Shown: piece after piece, positions 11,245 through 27,442 of the stretch
Layout of the letters: each line of letters opens with the position of its first letter
Numbering within the stretch: the stretch's first letter is position 1
Source of the DNA: Macrostomum lignano
Taxonomy: Eukaryota
Direction: 5' to 3'
DNA: 64,000 nt
Assembly: GCA_002269645.1 (NCBI GenBank)
Contig: NIVC01002556.1
Span: 62,001-126,000 of the forward strand
The notes under the pieces: model-generated
The model's input: only the letters and a program-made list of their open reading frames with translations
Database searches by the model: none
What the model was told of the DNA's origin: nothing
Made by a program: the position numbers and the translations under genes

Positions 11245-13183
11245 TTCCCTTCCTATAAATCATTTGACGTTAGAGACATTTTACAACTCTCGCCCTACTT
11301 TATCTATTAGGCTAACTTTATGTATGACACGACACAAAATATTAGGAGCATCAGCGTTAATAATGCCTTGAAAGTCTTTAAATAATCGATACAACACTAG
11401 GTATTATAAAATTCCAACCCCAAAGCTCACTGGGGCGAAAAGACTTTGTCTTCATTAACTAGTTAAAATAAATTAAATAAATGCATACATAACGTCGACA
11501 TAGCCATCATAACGACATAAGATAACCTCAAACCGAAGAAGTACACTGACGCGTCGTTCCATCTTACGACATTGCCTTTAAATTATACTTGTTTTTTTCT
11601 TACTAGAACTCTAAATTTCAAAAAAGGAAACTTTCCAGAAGCACGCTTTCTCAATTAGAACTTTTCGAAGTGCAATAATAAATAATAATAGAACTTGTTT
11701 TTAAAGTAATTGCTAAATAATTGCTTTTTACGAAGTTTAAAAAAATCAAAAGTTTCTCTCTTTATTTGCAAAAGAAACTCTAATTCTGTTTATTTTGCTC
11801 TTTACAGACCTTTTTTAGCATAGATGACTGATATTACACAGTAAATTTTAAAAAATACTGAAACGTTTGTTTGTTGCTTTAAAAATTCAAATGTGCCGGA
11901 CTGACTGAAAGCGGAGCGGCGAATCAAATAAGGAAAAGAGGCCTATTTAATTCAGCCTATTGTATGTTAATGAAGACGTCGCACTAAAATCTAAATACAT
12001 AGGTTCTCTATTTTTGCCCTACTTTAACACTTGTATTCAACAATTGAAATGGAAGTAAGTGTCATCCTATTTCTTCTAAAAGTAGAACAATTTTACTTTT
12101 TAATTTTAGTCATAATTTTATATCCTGTATCTGTAACATACGTGTACTGTAGGCCCTAATGCTAGCTAGGCCATAATTAATGCATTCAATGGTGCTGGTG
12201 ATAGGCTTCCTATCAAGGCTAGGCCTATGCTCTATCCTTTATAAGTTTAGGCGCAATCTAATCTTGCTTTTGCTATTTGGGCATTTCCGCCAATTAGGCA
12301 CTATCGGAAAATTACACTTCAACAAACAGAAAATGATGAATTGTAGCTTAAGCCAGCTAATTGAAGTCAAACAAGGACTTAAACTGAGAAATACAACCAC
12401 TTTTGCTCAATTTAAAGCTATTTAAAGATTGTTAATCGCAAAATTAATGTTGAATAAACCATTTTAAACTTACGTAGACGCCACTTTTTTGGATGTCCAA
12501 ACACACAATTTTTAACTTCAACATTGAATAAAAGAGCGAAAAAAACATTCTTGATAGTAATTCTCTTTGTTTCATGAAAAAAACACATTAAACTTTGTTA
12601 AAATCATTCCTTTTTGTCACAACACCTGCAAGAAGTCATTGATTTTTGTCAGTTTTCTTGCTATACCAAAAATTATCAACGGTAAGTTTTTGTATCGTTT
12701 GTACTCATGTTGTACCCTCTCATTTACTCATAAGGCTTTCAATCTACACGTTTTTTAGCTTAAATGAAGGAAAACATCTTTGCGATGATGTATCAGTATA
12801 TTTTTTAGCAATAGAATTTGCTTAATACATTTTTCTAAGACATTAATTTTTTTTCGATGTGACATCTTAACCACAAGATTGTACTCATGTTGTACCCAAT
12901 AATTTTTTTTAGTGCTTTTCATTAGCTGAAAATGATATATTTATGGATTGCCGACATACAGAGCTTCACAAAAAGTGGTCTGCTGAACCTTAATCTGTCA
13001 AAATACCTTAAATATTAACATTTAAATGTAGTAAGCACACTACTTACACGAGATGTATTTTCATGTTGTACCCTTTATTTTATTTTTCGCTAGTTTTTTT
13101 TCTCAAAATCAGTCTTACAAGACTATCATTAAGTATAAAAGCTGGAAAATAAAACAGTTTCACATTAATTTCTTGTTTATTTA

Positions 13184-14290
13184 TCAATAAAAATGTAATT
13201 TACATTTTGCACTATAGTATGTCACCCAAAGCTTGCAGTCAACAGCAGTTGTCAGCCAGTCGAAGAGCGGACGCAGGAAGACTCTGACATGAGGGACAAT
13301 CTGACAGAACCAGCCAAGCTTGCCAATCAGCTTCTGAGCAGAGCGCATGTGCACCCGAGTCTCCGAGCAGGTTTGAGTCAGCAGCTTTGTCGTCTCGAGA
13401 GCTTTCTCCTCGGGCAGCGACTTGGTGCCGGTAGCGGTGTTGATGCGCACGCCAAGGAAGTCGATGCATTGCGTAGGCCTGACAACCTTGTCCCAGTTGA
13501 TGGCAAAGCCGAGGCGCTGCAGGATGTCCAGCAGGCAATTGAAAGCAGCGAAAGCCTCGGACTCGGATTTCCCAGCGACTGCCCAGTCATCCAGGTAGTT
13601 CACCGTAGCAGAAAAGCCAAGCCGGTGCATGTGCCGGGTAACGGCGGCTGAAAGACGGTGAAAAACTTTGCAAGCAGCTTTGGCGCCGAAGGGAAGCCTG
13701 GTGTCGCAGAGCAGACTGTCCTGGCTGTCCGAGTCAAACCGCCAGGCGAGGCCGACGAGCCGGTAGTCAGCAGGCCTGATTGGCACGGACCTGTAGGCGC
13801 TTTTGAGATCAATTTTGGCCATGTAGTGTCCCGGATGGAGATGACGAACCAGCTGCTGGACAGTGCAGTACTTGATGTGCTTCTGTTGGTCGTAGAAGTC
13901 GTTGACAGACTGGCCGGTCGGATAGGACAGGTCATGGATCAGGCGGACCCGCCCGTCGGACTTGGGAAGGGCACCGATGGGGTTGATTTTGATCGGGCCG
14001 CTCCACCGGATGTACCTCCCAAGGCGCAGCTCCTCCTCGACCTGGGCTTCCACAGCAGAGCGGTGCAGCAGGGCGGAGGCGTGGTTCTTGGACGAAGTCA
14101 AAGGTGGCTGGCCAGCATTGGTGAGAGCGAAACCGTTGACGACGCCTTGCATCAGAAAGTCGCGGTCTGGGTCGTCGCTGAGCAGAGCACTCCAGGCGTC
14201 AGGTTGCAGGTCAGACGAGATGGGCAGCGAAGAAGTAAAAGCAGAAAAATCGGAATTAAAAGCAGAGCAGTCAGCTGGATAAAATGGCAT
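13184..14290 (-). pseudogene. DIRS/Ngaro-type reverse transcriptase ORF, 3'-truncated before RNase H
   Basis: Start ATG at 14290 overlaps the gag stop (TGATG). Open through YLDD and thumb, then runs into AT-rich flank at ~13220. Confidence 0.8.
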
Positions 14291-15440
14291 CAGTTTTTTG
14301 CACTTGCACCAGTCACGTGACCCGGCAGCTGTCCGGTGAGAAATGACTGCGGCGACTGCGTGTGAGCATGAGCTGGGTGCGCTGCCAGGCAGCCTTGGAT
14401 TTTGCAGACGTGGCGGAACTTGCAGTTCTGGCGGTTGCATCCGGACTCGGAGTTGAAGCGCAGACAGATCGGCCTGGTTGCTGCCGGGATTTGCTGCTGG
14501 CTGGGCTGCTTAGCGAACGTGAACCGCAGGTTTCTGGGGGCGTTGAGGTGCTTGTGGTACAACTGAGGGGGCTCCTCACCCCACGCCATGCCCGACTCCG
14601 CCACCAGCCTCCGGTAGTCCTCGTCAAACTCCCAGATTACGGACTCTGGGTAGTCAGCAGCCAGCAGCTCTCCGATCTTGCGATTGTAGTCAAGGTAGCC
14701 AAGGACGTCAGTCAGGAGACCATCAGTGCTTCCAGCAGCCACCGGGAGTTTTTCCTTGATCAGCTTTTGCAAGATGATCGAGTTGGCCGCAATCCACTGA
14801 CCAGCAGAGATACTAGACAGCTTCGGCTCCTGCTTTCTGAATGTGAGCGAGCCATTCTCCATAGTGGCGATCAACTGCTCCTGACTGGCTGAGCCGGATC
14901 CTCTGGCTAGCTTGATGTGGTCTCTGACGAGATGCAACTTGCGAGTCGGAGCCTGGCAATTAGTGGCCTGAAGCTGAGCCGCCTCCCTCATCCCAGATTC
15001 AAAAACCTCGGGCAACTGCAGACTGGCATGTGCGTTATGCTCACCTGATGATAATGCTGGCTGGGGCTGAGCCGTCAAGCGCTGCTGAGTGTGAAGCTGT
15101 TGCTGAAGATCACGACGACGGCCTTCCAGGACTTGCAGTTCGAGCAGCTCCACCTCCTGCCGCAACGCAGCCAGACGGTCGCTCCCCGCCCCCGGAGGCG
15201 CCTCGCCCGCGCTGCCGATGCCGTCTTCGGCGTCCGGAGCAGAAGTCATCTCGGAGTTGTTGAAGTCTTCGTCAGCTTGCTCTAAACCGAGTGCAGTAGA
15301 CAAGCGCTTGGCAAGCTGTTGTTTGCGGCCCGTAGTAGGCAGGCCTCTGTTTCGCAGCTCAGCCTTGAGTTGGCGCACGGTTAGTCGCTTTGGGCTGGCA
15401 CTCATGGCGGTGGCTGAGCAAAAAAATTGAGAAATGGCGG
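13220..15440 (-). mobile_element. Truncated Ngaro/DIRS-group (tyrosine-recombinase) retrotransposon: gag plus RT; RNase H and YR missing; left arm only
   Basis: RT motifs PIGALPKSDGRVRLIHDLS, KIDLKSAY, LPFG, YLDD, FLGVRIN. Gag with CCCH-type knuckle. No counterpart in the right arm. Confidence 0.85.
14290..15405 (-). CDS. Gag-like ORF1 with N-terminal SAP motif and C-terminal Cys/His zinc fingers (371 aa)
   Basis: LTVRQLKAELRNRGLPTTGRKQQLAKRL fits the SAP consensus; CLRFNSESGCNRQNCKFRH followed by CKIQGCLAAHPAHAH. Confidence 0.8.
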   Translation of the reverse strand: MSASPKRLTVRQLKAELRNRGLPTTGRKQQLAKRLSTALGLEQADEDFNNSEMTSAPDAEDGIGSAGEAPPGAGSDRLAALRQEVELLELQVLEGRRRDLQQQLHTQQRLTAQPQPALSSGEHNAHASLQLPEVFESGMREAAQLQATNCQAPTRKLHLVRDHIKLARGSGSASQEQLIATMENGSLTFRKQEPKLSSISAGQWIAANSIILQKLIKEKLPVAAGSTDGLLTDVLGYLDYNRKIGELLAADYPESVIWEFDEDYRRLVAESGMAWGEEPPQLYHKHLNAPRNLRFTFAKQPSQQQIPAATRPICLRFNSESGCNRQNCKFRHVCKIQGCLAAHPAHAHTQSPQSFLTGQLPGHVTGASAKN

Positions 15441-16521
15441 AATAATTATAAGCACTGCCTTACTACCCCAAAGTTGTTCAAAACATTTTTTCTTTCAAAT
15501 GAATAGTCGCTTTACTTTGTTGCAGAAGTATAAAAAAGTTATTGATGATTTTATCTCAAAACTGAATGATGATTCTAGGGTATCTTCAAACTAAACAGGG
15601 TATCTAACGTTCAATTTTTGTGTTTGAACACTAATAACTTTTTTATTTCTTTTTTTGTTTTTTTCTAAAATATATATCATTGTAAAGAATAATTCATACT
15701 CTTTCTAAAAGGTATAACTTTTGCACAGATAGATATAGAAAAATATTTTTTATCTACATTTGAATATAGGCCTAGTATCCCCATTGAACAGAAAAAATGT
15801 GATTTTTTACTTTTCTGCCATTTCTTTAAACTCTTTCATGCTAAATTGATAAAAAGCTTTATATTTTTCTACTTATACAAGGAAAAGCATTAAAGAATTT
15901 AAAAAAACTACAAGTTCTTTAAAGCCGAGCTGATACTTTGCCTATTTTGAAGTTCTTCTAAAGGACCTACTAATGTTTCAGCTTTCAACATTGGCATTTA
16001 TTTTGCTATTATTACTGTGACAATGTCATTATGCTATAATATTCTTAGTTTCTATCCATTTTTAGTGTACTTAAATTGATTTTTTGTTATTAATATGGGG
16101 TAAGAAAGAGTTCTAAGAGTTAGACACTGCTATTGCTAAAAAGGTAGCCTGATCAATACACTAACATTGCTCTGGCCTAGTTTGTCTACTGCTATATATA
16201 GGAAGTTCTAGCCAGGTTTTGAGGTCCTCAAAGTAGAGCCCCAGCTTAGCCACTAAAGAAACATGCAGCTTTAATATATTGTTTATTGAAGCAGACTATT
16301 TCTCTAATAATTCTTTTGATTATTACAAAGATTCAACTTTGTTTCTTAATTAAAATGAATTGTTTATACTTTTAAGTAAGTTTAAAATAAATTAATTGCT
16401 ATGTATTTGATAAAAGTTTAAATTATTTGCTATTATTATAGGTAGAAATTTAGTATGTATAGCCATTTTAATTTTGTAGTACTATTTTATTCATATTATT
16501 AAAATGCTTAATTGGTTAGGG

Positions 16522-16851
16522 CAAGGTTTTTTTGTGCGCAGAGTGTGCATATGCACCCTAAATTTTAAAATCGCACCCTGAAATTAAAAAGTAGGTGCGG
16601 TTTAGGTGCAGTCTGTTATAGTATTTTTCATCATGTTACTATTTATCAAAGCAGCAATCTGAAGACAAGATAACAGACAATAGGTCAAGGCATTCTTTGT
16701 ACAAAGATGTATAGACATAAGACATGTCTATACATTCCCAGTTGTCTGGAACAAGACTCAAGAGAAATTGCACTCTGTGCCTTAAAATCGTACCTTGAAA
16801 TTTGGCACAAGTTGCGATTTCGCACCTTGTCTCTGGCGAAAAAAAACCCAG
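16522..16851. mobile_element. hAT-like MITE (330 bp)
   Basis: Termini CA(A/G)GGTTTTTTT...AAAAAAACCCAG; 8-bp TSD GGTTAGGG at 16514-16521 and 16852-16859; mirrored at 45435-45764. Confidence 0.75.
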
Positions 16852-17022
16852 GGTTAGGGTAAATCCAAGTTATATTTATAGAAATGCATTTAATAGTCTT
16901 TCTTCTAACAAAACAAAGAAAGAATATGTTTTAAATCAACTACATATCTAGCCTCAAAAAGGCTATATCTTTTAATCTTATTTCTTCTATTACTATTTTA
17001 AAAGAGCAATTTTCTATATAGA

Positions 17023-17302
17023 CATACATGCGCAACAGTCGGCCGACCGATTTGGCGGCCAACCAAGGAAGTCGCAAAAATGCCCACCCAAAAAAACATC
17101 CAAGTAGTAGTACTAAGTAGCTGACGAGGCATTTTGACTTAATAAGACAGTCATAGTTACTCCTGTCGTTTACCCAAAGTTGCGTTAATTTTGCTTTAGG
17201 GTTATTTTACATGTAAGTCGCATTTTTGGCCAAAAACTACATCGCATTTTTGTTAAAACTTAGTCGCACGGCCGACCGAATTTTAGAGGTTGCACATGTA
17301 TG
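17023..17302. mobile_element. 280-bp MITE (8-bp TSD, hAT/P-like) carrying a 28S rRNA-like segment
   Basis: TIR CATACATG(C/T)GCAAC; TSD TATATAGA at 17015-17022 and 17303-17310; LSU-like 64-mer at 17112-17175 (minus strand). Confidence 0.9.
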
Positions 17303-17676
17303 TATATAGAAAACGATCAGCCCTAAAAGCTAGCTATCTTGCCTGAATCTACCTAGCCCTTTTGAGCTTTTGCACCAAAGCTTCTTTAGCCATGTTTTAC
17401 CAAAGCCCTGACCCTTGGCATCTTACCAACCACCTATAAGCCTTGGTATCTCTGCAATCCCCCATGAGCCACAGGATTTTAGCAAGCTCCCCATGAGTCT
17501 TGACATCTCAGCAATTCTCTCCTTTAGCCACAGCATTTTAGCCAACTCCCTATGAGTTTTGATATCTTAACAATTCTCCCCAGATTCTCCCCATAGGCCA
17601 CATTATTTCTGCAATTAAATGCTATAAGAAAAGTTGTTCATCTCTCATTCTCACCTCCCCTCACATTTACATCTAG

Positions 17677-21246
<3,570 letters not shown>

Positions 21247-23016
21247 GCGATCAGGACGAGCCCAAGACTCGCACGCTGCAGGCCAAGTCCCACACTGAGC
21301 CTGCTTTCACCGCTTGAACCTAAACTCATCTGCCGATTTGCCCTATGAGCTACGATTTTTATGGATGGGCAATTTTTCGTCACGGATAGAAATAAGTGAA
21401 AACACTAGCCCTGTGCTTTGTATTAGTGATTGCATCACATAAATATTGTCGTTTCCGATCATTGCCTTTCCGCTCGCACCAATTTTCTGGCTGAATTTTC
21501 ATATTCCCCATTTGAATTGTTTTCAATTCGTGGTAGCAGCCAGATCTGAATCGTGTCATTATCATACCTTAATTCCACTATAACTCTAATCTTATCAGAC
21601 ATTTGCACCGCTTACACATCCAACTACTTGGTAATTTTTATTTTCAGTTATATAAAATTTACCGGTTATTTTCTAACTGTTTGCCAGCAAATATAGAAAC
21701 GCTTTTTCTTTGATTGGTCCTGTTTTACAACTCTTTGAGTATCAAAATAGCAGTTGTTTGCTTAAGCAGCCTGTATCACATTGTTCCGAATTCTTTTTGG
21801 TATGTTTTCTCACGAATAATAGCTGCCAGGTTTTTATTCTAATTCTTAACGAGAAAACCATGCACAGCAAGCAGTGGTCACGTTGAAACTTCAAAGACAC
21901 CTGACTTGGCCCGCTAGGAGCATCCTGACGTTCCTGTGGGAGGCTGTCCTGCGGGATTCGGCTAAGCGAGAGGCTGTGGTCGGGGCCGAGGAGCGCGATG
22001 TTGTCAGCATAGATCATTTTTACCCGTAGGTATGACTTCGGGAATATTACTGATGAAGATTAAAATGCCCTCAGCATAGGGAGTGAGTAGTTTTTATGAA
22101 GGGGCCTTTAGGACAGAATTCTTCACTGCCTGCATAGCGCCATTTATTGTATCTGTATTATTCGCAAAGAATCGACAACAAGAGGTGACTTGTTAGAGAA
22201 TTCCAGCATAATACTTTTACCTGCTACCTTCTAAATCACCGATCAACCACTTTCAGGACATTTTTTCACAGCCACCAAAACACTATTAGTTCCATATTGT
22301 TACCAGAGCAGGGTCCTCACTCCTTACCCTCTAAAATTACAATAAAAAGTTCCCAGTTCTCTCACCAGGTTTCTATTATAAACAGCACGACCCTAATTAC
22401 AAATCCAAATGCATCCAGTTCATGCAAAAATTCTGGCTCCAAGTAGAAAATAACGTTTCAAATATTAATCAGGCTCTCGCTCAAATCCCACAGTTTTCAA
22501 CAGCATGAATTAATAAATAATGACAATGACAGCTACTATAACTGATAAAATTATAAGGCAGCTTCTGTCTTTACCAAGTGTAAGAACACTTGGTCCTATT
22601 ACTTAAAAATATCCCTCTACTCGGAAATTCCGGGTCTGGCGTCCATGGCTGCCAGCTTGATTGAAGCTGATGCATTGATGAGGCGAGTCGATTGAAGACG
22701 ATTCGACAACAGTGAATTTAAAAACAAACTAGCCTATTGTCTTGAACTGTTCTGATTAGTGATTATCCACTTCGTTAGATATTTAGGTTCTTGTTTATTT
22801 TTTAGAAAGCCAATCAATGACCGGTCATTAATTTGAAGTGACATTTCAAACAATGGTTCCCGAAATACTGGCTACAGAAAACCTGGCTTACAATGAAAGT
22901 GTTTTCGCACTTGCAGTGTTGATTGAGGCGGGCTGCACGCTATTAATCTGTAGAGTTAATCAATTTTTACGCTTCTGTTTGTGCTATGGAACCTGCGACC
23001 TATCCAGTTTTCACAG

Positions 23017-24733
23017 TCATAGCGCGCGGCTGTGCACAACTAGCCTGTGATCTGCCGGTGCTCTCACGATGCCGTCGTGTCCCAGAAGGATATCCTCTCG
23101 CTTCAGTTTGCAGTCCTCATTCGGTTCGAAACGAAACTTTTGCAGCAGAGGGACAAAGAAGAGGAACAGCTCCATCCGAGCCAGTGTCTCTCCCAAGCAG
23201 GAGCGTTTGCCGACGCTGAAAGGAATGAGGTACTCAGAGGGCTTGTACGTTCCGGTCTCTAGGTCCAGAAATCGATTGATGTTGAACTCGTGCGGCTCCG
23301 GGAATAGCTCCGGGTCCATATGAACTGAGTACAGATTGGGCAGTACTATGCTGTCGGGCGAAACGGGCAGTCCGTCAAAGTCAACTTCCTTAACGGGTAA
23401 ACATAAGAGAAGATGGTCAGTTTCGCAAAATAAAAACTTGACGCATTCGCTTTGAAAGTGCTAAAGCTTTCTCACCTTTGCAGCTCGGTGCTCAACGCTC
23501 ATAGGCACCAGGTTCGCCATCCGCTGAGTTTCATCCAGAAACGCCTGTACCTTGTGCAAACTCCGCTTATCTTTCATGCTGACCTCGCGGTCACCAATGA
23601 CTGTGCTGATCTCGATGTGGCAGGCCTCCTGAAGCTCTGGGTGAAAGCAGCAGTATAGCAGCGCCCAGCGCAATGTAGTGGCGGTCGTGTCGCTACCGGC
23701 AACGTACAAGTCAGATACAGTCCGTATCAGCTGTCGGTTGTCAAAGCTACCGACATCGCCCTCCCCGGAAGCCTGCCGCATCCGCTGCTCTCGAAGATAA
23801 GCCTCAACAAAGCAAATAGGCTCGCTTGACTTATCGTAGTTGCGGCTAATATCCTGAATCTTATCCCAGCAGTAGTCCATAACCCATCGCTCGCTCTGCA
23901 AGATGCGATTGCTGCTTGGTGAAAGCGATGTAAGCGAAATCGGCAGCTGGGGAAAGAAGACCATGAGTACAGTATCCAGTCCAGCTTGCGTCAAGGCCTT
24001 CGTGTGCTCCAGAAATTCCTCTAGCTTGGGGTCCTCGTAACCGCTTCGTTCAGCGAACACAAGACCTGCTATTACATTGACTACGGCCTTAGTGATGTGA
24101 GCTGAAAGAATTTTTTGTCATCAGATTTATATACTCGGCACTAGTATTGTTGGTACGAAATATTACAAGGCCATGCAGATAACCGGCAACATGTACAATA
24201 TACGAGTATATAGTATTCTCACACTTTACATCCGTCTCCTGTCCATTATAGTCGCTGAGGTGTCTGGCGAGTTCCTGTGCCTCAGTCTGGATCTGTTGCT
24301 CCGAGAGGCTCCTGCCTAGACCGAAGTCACGCAAAACCCGAAGAGCAAAACGGCGCTGATCCTGCCAAAGTGGGCCCTCTGAGAAGAGAAGGCCGCGGCC
24401 CTCGGCTACGATCTGGTAGAAGGGATGATTCGGTCGCTGTGAGAACATGTCGGCTCGATCTACAAATGAGGCTTTGATCTTGTTGTAGCCGGAGATCACA
24501 ACAAACTCCTGCGTGCCGATCACAAGCGAGATGACCTCGCCGTAGGCCTTGCGCATTTCATCGACAAAGAGGTACCAACGAAATTGTCGATCAGTGACAG
24601 CTCTGTACATCATATAGGGCAGGCTGCCCAGTATCGGCAGACCGATCGGACCCCGACGTTTCAGCCGCCGAATCAGATGGCGGCTCAGCAGAGCGGCCAG
24701 CAGCCCAACTATCACTGTAATGACGAGAGTCAT
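23017..24733 (-). CDS. Cytochrome P450, CYP2 clan; exons 24733-24223, 24101-23476, 23388-23017 (~502 aa); left-arm copy
   Basis: N-terminal TM anchor plus PxGLPxLG, I-helix AGSDTT, ExxR (ETQR), heme motif FSVGKRSCLG; in-frame GT-AG introns. Confidence 0.93.
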
Positions 24734-24768
24734 GGCCAATTAATGCTACTCGGTTAGTTACTCGGTTA

Positions 24769-25526
24769 ACTAACTAACTAAAATAAGTAAAATCGGCGCC
24801 TCAGCCAAATGAATAGGCTCTTACGCCTCTAAGATAAATTAGTTTCCATATTAAGAGTGTACTCAGGTACACTAGTCTTCTAAATTAGGCTATAGGAGAC
24901 TGTGACCAATCAAGCCGAGCAGGCGACACCAGTCGGGCTGAGGGGGGGGGGCTACCCCCAGCTGTCGGGGCGTCACACCTACTCCAGACACAATACTAAA
25001 CCCCCCCCCCCGGGGCCAGCGAGGGTTCAGCGAACCAGTGAGGGAAGCCCGTGCCTTCTCCGGGTCAGTAGTGCCAAAAAATTGGTCATTTGACCAATGC
25101 CCCCACGGCCGTGGCTACCAGCCTGGGACTGCCCCCCCCCACTAACCCCGGGTACTCTTTGCCAAGACAGTCTCTTATCTTTGAAGCGGCAGGAGGGCTA
25201 ATCGCCGGGACTATTTCACCCTTTGCTTCGCCAACCCGCCATTTTTATGGTTGCCGTGCCAACGGCCTCGTCCTGCTCAGACTCAGTCCTGGTTTTGGCA
25301 CACTCCAGCTTAAAGCTAGCCGTTCACCAGAGGACACTCCGAGGGAGACCGTCAGAGCATCAACTGGAACCGAGTATAGGCCTGCCTTCCTATACAGCTA
25401 CCCACAGCCCTTCCTGATCGACTATTACCCTCTAACCCAGCCTACTAACTCATTACAAGCTTTCAGCCAGGCAGAGACAAGTGTCACATGGGTACTGCGG
25501 TTCGGCGTCTCTATGCGAGACAAAAC
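24769..25526 (-). mobile_element. ~756-bp retroposed (SINE/LINE-tail-like) insertion upstream of the CYP
   Basis: 18-bp direct repeat cggttagttactcggtta at 24751-24768 and 25527-25544; (TTAG)3 tail facing the CYP start. Confidence 0.6.
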
Positions 25527-27442
25527 CGGTTAGTTACTCGGTTAGAAATTTACTCGGAAATCAGAAAACTTGGATCCAGCACTCGCAAATGCGTCATTTG
25601 CATGATAGTGGACTCAACTTCGAACTCTAGCCTTCTCTAAGCCTGCTTTCCCTCCCTCGATTGTGTTGCTTTATCTGTGAGCACATGCATGCACAGTACT
25701 GTGCCGTATCTTGCGAATAGCTGGTTCTATTATCGCAATCTACAGTACTGTTGTACACTGTATGTACATGCTGCAGTGTATGCAAATAGCTATATTGATC
25801 AGTTCTTTGGACACAATTGTTTGCGCCTGTCGGTTCTGTGAATTTTACTGTTACACGTATTGATTCAGCTGACCTACATTTAAAATTAACTGTTGCGGAA
25901 AAACTGCGCTGCACTTGACCTCATAGTGCTATCTTAAATTTATGGCAGTTATCGCATTAAAAAGTCGCCACCTTTGAGAGTGCGCACTAAATTCCAGCTC
26001 AGTATTGACTTTTGAGTGACGCAATTTGCGCCACGCGACGCAGAGTTGAGCTGAGTGAGGAGGGATTGGGAAGAGCGGAGGACTCGAAGATTGGATGGAT
26101 GGATTAAAGCTTTCGCCAAGGTTTTCATTGTTTTTCAAGCATGTTTTAATATCAAAATGTTTATCCAAAGGTAATAATATGTACTCAGCAACACTGAAGA
26201 GTCGCCACTCTATGCGCCAGTGAGCGATTTCTCTTAGACTGTTCTGAACTAAAAGATGCGAGAAAATTGATCGGGGTAGTAGCGTCACTCGCAAAGATTG
26301 AGAGTCTTATAACCTGCACTCTCAAAAGTGGCGACCACAGACGGAATCTTCTCTGATGGCGACTTTTCGATGTTGTTGAGTACCAGTATATGTACCTGAG
26401 CTAGGTGATTAGACGCTGGACGAAAGACACTGCTCACTGGGCCAAAGGGTGGCTATACTTTTCAATGTTGCTGAGTATATGAGTATGTATATTACATTAC
26501 ATGTACGCTTGTATCCTGACGTTATGTAATGACGCTAAACATATGTAAAGGTCAATTTTGTCGACATGTCACTTTCAATGATCGGTGGTCAATAAAGCAT
26601 CAATCAACTGAACCTAATTAAAACACATTCACACTTTGTAAAAATCACTCTGATCTATGGTATTTACATGGCGTCTACAGCGTTAGCTATTGAGAAACAA
26701 TAAAATGGTCTCCGAGAGAAGGGAATTGCAATTTCGTCTCGGGCGGTCCAAGCTAGCATCGTGTTAGTAAAAAGCGATCAGCTGCATATAGTAAAGTTCA
26801 AAACAAGGACTACTTAAGTAGACGTTACTTTTGTCGTCCTTGATTTAAAACTGTACGTATTTGCAGAGCTGCAGGACAGTCGGTTGTTAGAGAGCGAGTT
26901 TAAGATCACGTGTTCTGAATTTCATACAATGAAAAGTATAGGTGCATGTACTGTAGTCTTATACATGTATATACAATACATAACGTGTACATGCATGTCA
27001 GAGCGCCCCTGCCGAAATGTATAGACCTTGAACTAACAAGTCAACAACCAGTTTTATTGTATTGTTCTGCACCGCGGCTGAATTTGATGTTGAATTGACG
27101 TCTCTAAGTTATCATTTACATGCATTCAGCCTAACATTAAACTACATATTCATTGCAATCTGGTTCTATAAGGCCGAGCAGTTCGTGTGGAATTCTCTCT
27201 ACCATCACGGCAGCCAGCAGCAGTTCGATCAAAGCCTAATTTCAACTGTTCTTCCGTAGCTCTGAGAAATTAATTATCGGTTAAATACGGTGGTAGCCGC
27301 TTCCCGCTACTTATAGTAGTATGATAGCTAACTTAACGTTTAATTAGTCTAACCAACCCGCGGAGTCTATGAAGGCCACGCTAGACAAGTACAAGTACTC
27401 GTTTACTCAGCAACCAGCTAAAGCCCCCCCCTCTCTCACTCA

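Noticed and set aside
25090-26294. ORFs of 95-147 aa preserved in both arms (also 35886-37090)
   Set aside because: No recognisable motif; identity between arms reflects recent duplication, not coding constraint.
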